A stretch of DNA of 64,000 bases, taken from positions 21,452,001-21,516,000 of the forward strand of contig OZ024762.1 of the NCBI GenBank assembly GCA_964016885.1, given 5' to 3'. Position 1 is the stretch's first letter; each line of letters opens with the position of its first letter. The position numbers and the translations under genes are program-made. Source of the stretch: Eledone cirrhosa. Its lineage: Eukaryota. Shown here piece after piece: positions 60,764 through 64,000 of the stretch. Under the pieces are notes generated by a model, which saw nothing but the letters and a program-made list of their open reading frames with translations, ran no database searches and had not been told where the DNA came from.

Positions 60764-61005
60764 CAAAGGAATTCTGGTAAGGAACTAGATGGACCATAAC
60801 GCACCAGAGTACTCAATACTTAGGGTAGTAGTGTGGGTAATAGGGAAAAAGTATGACCCCGACGGCAGAGTAAAAGCCGTTTCGACGGCTATTTCTGGAA
60901 TAAATTAGAATTTTTAGCCTGGTAAAAAAAAAAAAATTCTAATTTAGTTCAGAAATAGCCGTCGAAACGGCTTGAGCTCTGCCGTCGGGGTCATACAGTT
61001 TCCTA
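60762..61005 (-). mobile_element. Family B copy with the longest fold-back arms
   Basis: Arms ~60843-60915 and ~60931-61003 around a short spacer. Confidence 0.82.
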
Positions 61006-61818
61006 TATATATTTATATATATATATAAATACATACAAATACACACGCACACAAACATACACACACACACATACAACACACATACATCACACATACATAT
61101 ATACACAGACATATATACATATACTTTCATATTGAAAGTCTGCGGTAATGGAACTGGGAAGACCAAAAATCAAAGAAGTACTCGATACACACATACAAAG
61201 AACCACGCATGCACACACTCACACGCACACACTTACAAACACTATACTATTCAGCAGTCAGTGGAAGCAATTATTTCCCAATAAATATTTCTAATCAGAA
61301 TTAGTTGAAGGTTCATTATATTAGAAATGGTGACCAGGGGTTAAAACATATCAAACTAATCGAACTGATTTATAATTTAAGTTGGACACATTAACTTCTG
61401 TCTTATAATTCTATCGATCCTTGTCTGTAATTTCCACCCCTCTCACTCACACTCCTCAAAAATAAACAAAAACAAATAAAAATACAAACAAACAAACAAA
61501 AACACAGAATTAGTATCTACATATATTTGAATATAGTTCGCAGTTACCAGAAAGAAAAAAAAGACTTGAATATAATTTGTATTACTCGTTCTTTTCCGTT
61601 CTCTTCCGTTATTTCCCATTCTACGCCGGTGAGCATATGCTCCTTCCACCCACACATACATACACACACTCACACAAACTCACACACACACACACATATA
61701 TACATATATAAATGTGTGTGTATATATATATATATAAGTTTATCCCGGGTTCAATCGGGGGTAACCACAGTAGGTACTCAACACATAGCAGAGTATAAAT
61801 ATTTAATATAGAAATGGC

Positions 61819-61863
61819 TTCTACAGGACTAGAACTGTTTCATTCGGGAGAAATCATCAGGAA
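61819..61863 (-). ncRNA. Family A hammerhead core with adjacent inversion
   Basis: Reverse complement ttc CTGATGA tttctcccgaat GAAA cag ttctagtc ctGTA gaa; inverted copy 61862-61896 of 61805-61839; element ~61737-61897. Confidence 0.72.
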
Positions 61864-61909
61864 CAGTTCTTGTCCTGCAGAAGCCATTTCTGTATTATAT
61901 ATATATATT

Positions 61910-61951
<42 letters not shown>

Positions 61952-61954
61952 CTG

Positions 61955-61996
<42 letters not shown>

Positions 61997-62097
61997 CTGT
62001 TATATATATATATAATACTGTTAGCTTCTCGCTAAAACAATTTCTATACCTTTCATTTATATATATATATATATTTAGCCTTCATATCATGTTCTCC

Positions 62098-62168
62098 TGT
62101 TTTATCTGATGAAAACACAAATATTATTGCATGATGATGTTTGTTTTTGAAATGCGCATAATAAAATA
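62098..62168 (+). ncRNA. Type I hammerhead motif, family E-like
   Basis: tgttttat CTGATGA aaa c acaaatattatt..gatgatgtttgt tttt GAAA tgcgc ATA ataaaata; stem III is the perfect palindrome ATGCGCAT. Confidence 0.8.
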
Positions 62169-62198
62169 CATGGAACTCCTTTAACCATCTTTTGATCT

Positions 62199-62243
<45 letters not shown>

Positions 62244-62246
<3 letters not shown>

Positions 62247-62388
62247 CAAAGGAATTGTGGTAAGGAACCAGATGGACCATAACGCACCAGAGTACTCAAT
62301 ACTTAGGGTAGTAGAGTGGGAAATAGGAAAAAGTATGACGCCGACGGCAGAGCTCAAGCCGTTTCGACGGCTCTTTCTGGACTAAATT
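62244..62388 (-). mobile_element. Family B copy without inversion
   Basis: Consensus match; (TA)n on both sides. Confidence 0.82.
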
Positions 62389-62674
62389 ATATATATACAT
62401 ATATATATATACATGTTTTCTTTGATTTTATACTTAATTGTGTATGGTTGACAATATATTTAATTGATTCCCACGTGCTATTGGAAATGCTGGGTAAATA
62501 TTTTATAGCTGTTGATCGCGAGTAGACGGGTGTCGTTTATTTATCTATTATTTCTTCATAGGTGTCTTTTAATCTAAATAGCCTGGTTTAATTTGTTTTT
62601 TGTGTGGTTGGTTATGCTGATTGGGAAAGGAAATGGAGTATATATCTTATCAAATTATTCAATGGACATACTGT

Positions 62675-62707
<33 letters not shown>

Positions 62708-62709
<2 letters not shown>

Positions 62710-63127
62710 AAGGCGGGTAAAATTCCCGAGATCCATGGACGAGTTCTCTCCAGCGGTCTCTGTCCCTCATTATCGCTGCCATATCCTGCATCTCCAACAG
62801 ACCAGTGTCTGTCCTTAGGGCATCAACATATGTTAACCTTGGTCTTCCTCTTCTAGTGTGTCCATGTAGGGGCTCCCAAAGGAGAACTGAGTGCAATGTC
62901 AACTCTGGATGTCGGTGAGTATGTCCAGCCAACCTCAGTCTCCTCTGTGTCACTTTTGAGCTGACTTTTGGGATGCTCCCATACAGCTCTGAGATTTTCA
63001 TCCTCAGTGTATACTGATTAATGTTCAGAGCCATCCTCAGCATTCTCGTGTAGCACCCATCCACCATCTGAGTGAGTCTCTTGGTCAGTGTCCAAGTCTC
63101 AGACCCATACAGCAGCACAGACTCCAT
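62708..63127 (-). mobile_element. 5'-truncated RTE-X-type LINE with intact C-terminal reading frame, embedded in (TA)n
   Basis: ESVLLYGSETWTLT..DGCYTRMLR..RRLRLAGH..LLWEP.HG..RRGRP..TYVD..RDRWRELV; stop codon abuts (TA)n. Confidence 0.92.
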
Positions 63128-63216
63128 ATATATATATATATATACCATACTTACATTTAACTATCAGCTGTACTAAGAGTGAGAAATGAAATTTCGTTTC
63201 ATTATTTTCTCTTTCA

Positions 63217-63410
63217 GGGTAGTGGATTGGCAGTATCGGTAAAGGGTCGGACGCTATGCTTTGACGCATAGAGTTACGGCCCTTGCCATTCTGAGTTCAA
63301 ATCCCGCCGAGGTTAACTTTGCCTTTCATCCTTACGGGGTCGATAAAATGAAGTACCAGTAATGTACTGGGATAATTGCTGGCCTTGTGCCAAATCTAGA
63401 AACAATTATT
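63217..63410 (+). mobile_element. Full-length SINE family 1
   Basis: A/B boxes and body as at 45935. Confidence 0.92.
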
Positions 63411-63425
63411 TTCTCTTTCTCTCTT

Positions 63426-63530
<105 letters not shown>

Positions 63531-63642
63531 TATATATATATATATCCTGCTATATCAAACGTTAACCTAATATAACCCCTCCATATACTGTACCGATTGT
63601 GTTGTTATTTCTGTTTACCTTTTACATACATATATTTGTATG

Positions 63643-63677
<35 letters not shown>

Positions 63678-64000
63678 ATGTAATGTACCCCGCCCTCTCT
63701 CTCTCTTTATATATATACACATATATATATATATAAATGAGATCAGATCAATATTTGATTATTTCTCATCCGATATATTTACTCTCGGGTAGGATCATCA
63801 TATATACAGTTTTCTTCTGAAAATATTCGGAATTCATTTAAAAATCTTTTTATTTAGGATTTTTATAAAGATGCAATATATGTAATCAGCATCTGTGGCG
63901 ATGCTCTTTTTCGATTATTCTAATGTTACGTTATCTTGCATTCTCTCTCTCTCTATATATATATATCTGTGTGCGTATGTGTGTGTGTGTATGTATATAT

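Overview
AT-rich eukaryotic DNA saturated with repeats, with a 200-N gap at 5260-5459. The SINE families and the microsatellite load point to a cephalopod, probably Octopus (inference). I find no convincing host protein-coding gene: almost all ORFs in the track are (TA)n/(CA)n/(CAC)n translation artefacts. Real coding relics are all non-LTR retrotransposon pieces: an open Tx1/L1-type ORF2 3' end (1-1230), a second Tx1 relic, three RTE-X C-termini, one RTE/BovB relic, an R4/Dong-type restriction-like endonuclease and a CRE-type endonuclease. Also present are two tRNA-derived SINE families, a hAT-like MITE, Helitron-like termini and piggyBac-like ends. The most notable signal is a dense set of type I hammerhead-ribozyme motifs, folded by hand and belonging to several unrelated sequence families, lying in short islands within (TA)n tracts. 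Several have self-complementary stem III sequences. A roughly 10-copy family carries only the 3' half of a hammerhead inside long fold-back palindromes. The pattern resembles Penelope-like-element pLTR remnants or retrozyme-like elements. Coordinates and folds were read by eye; no database search was run.
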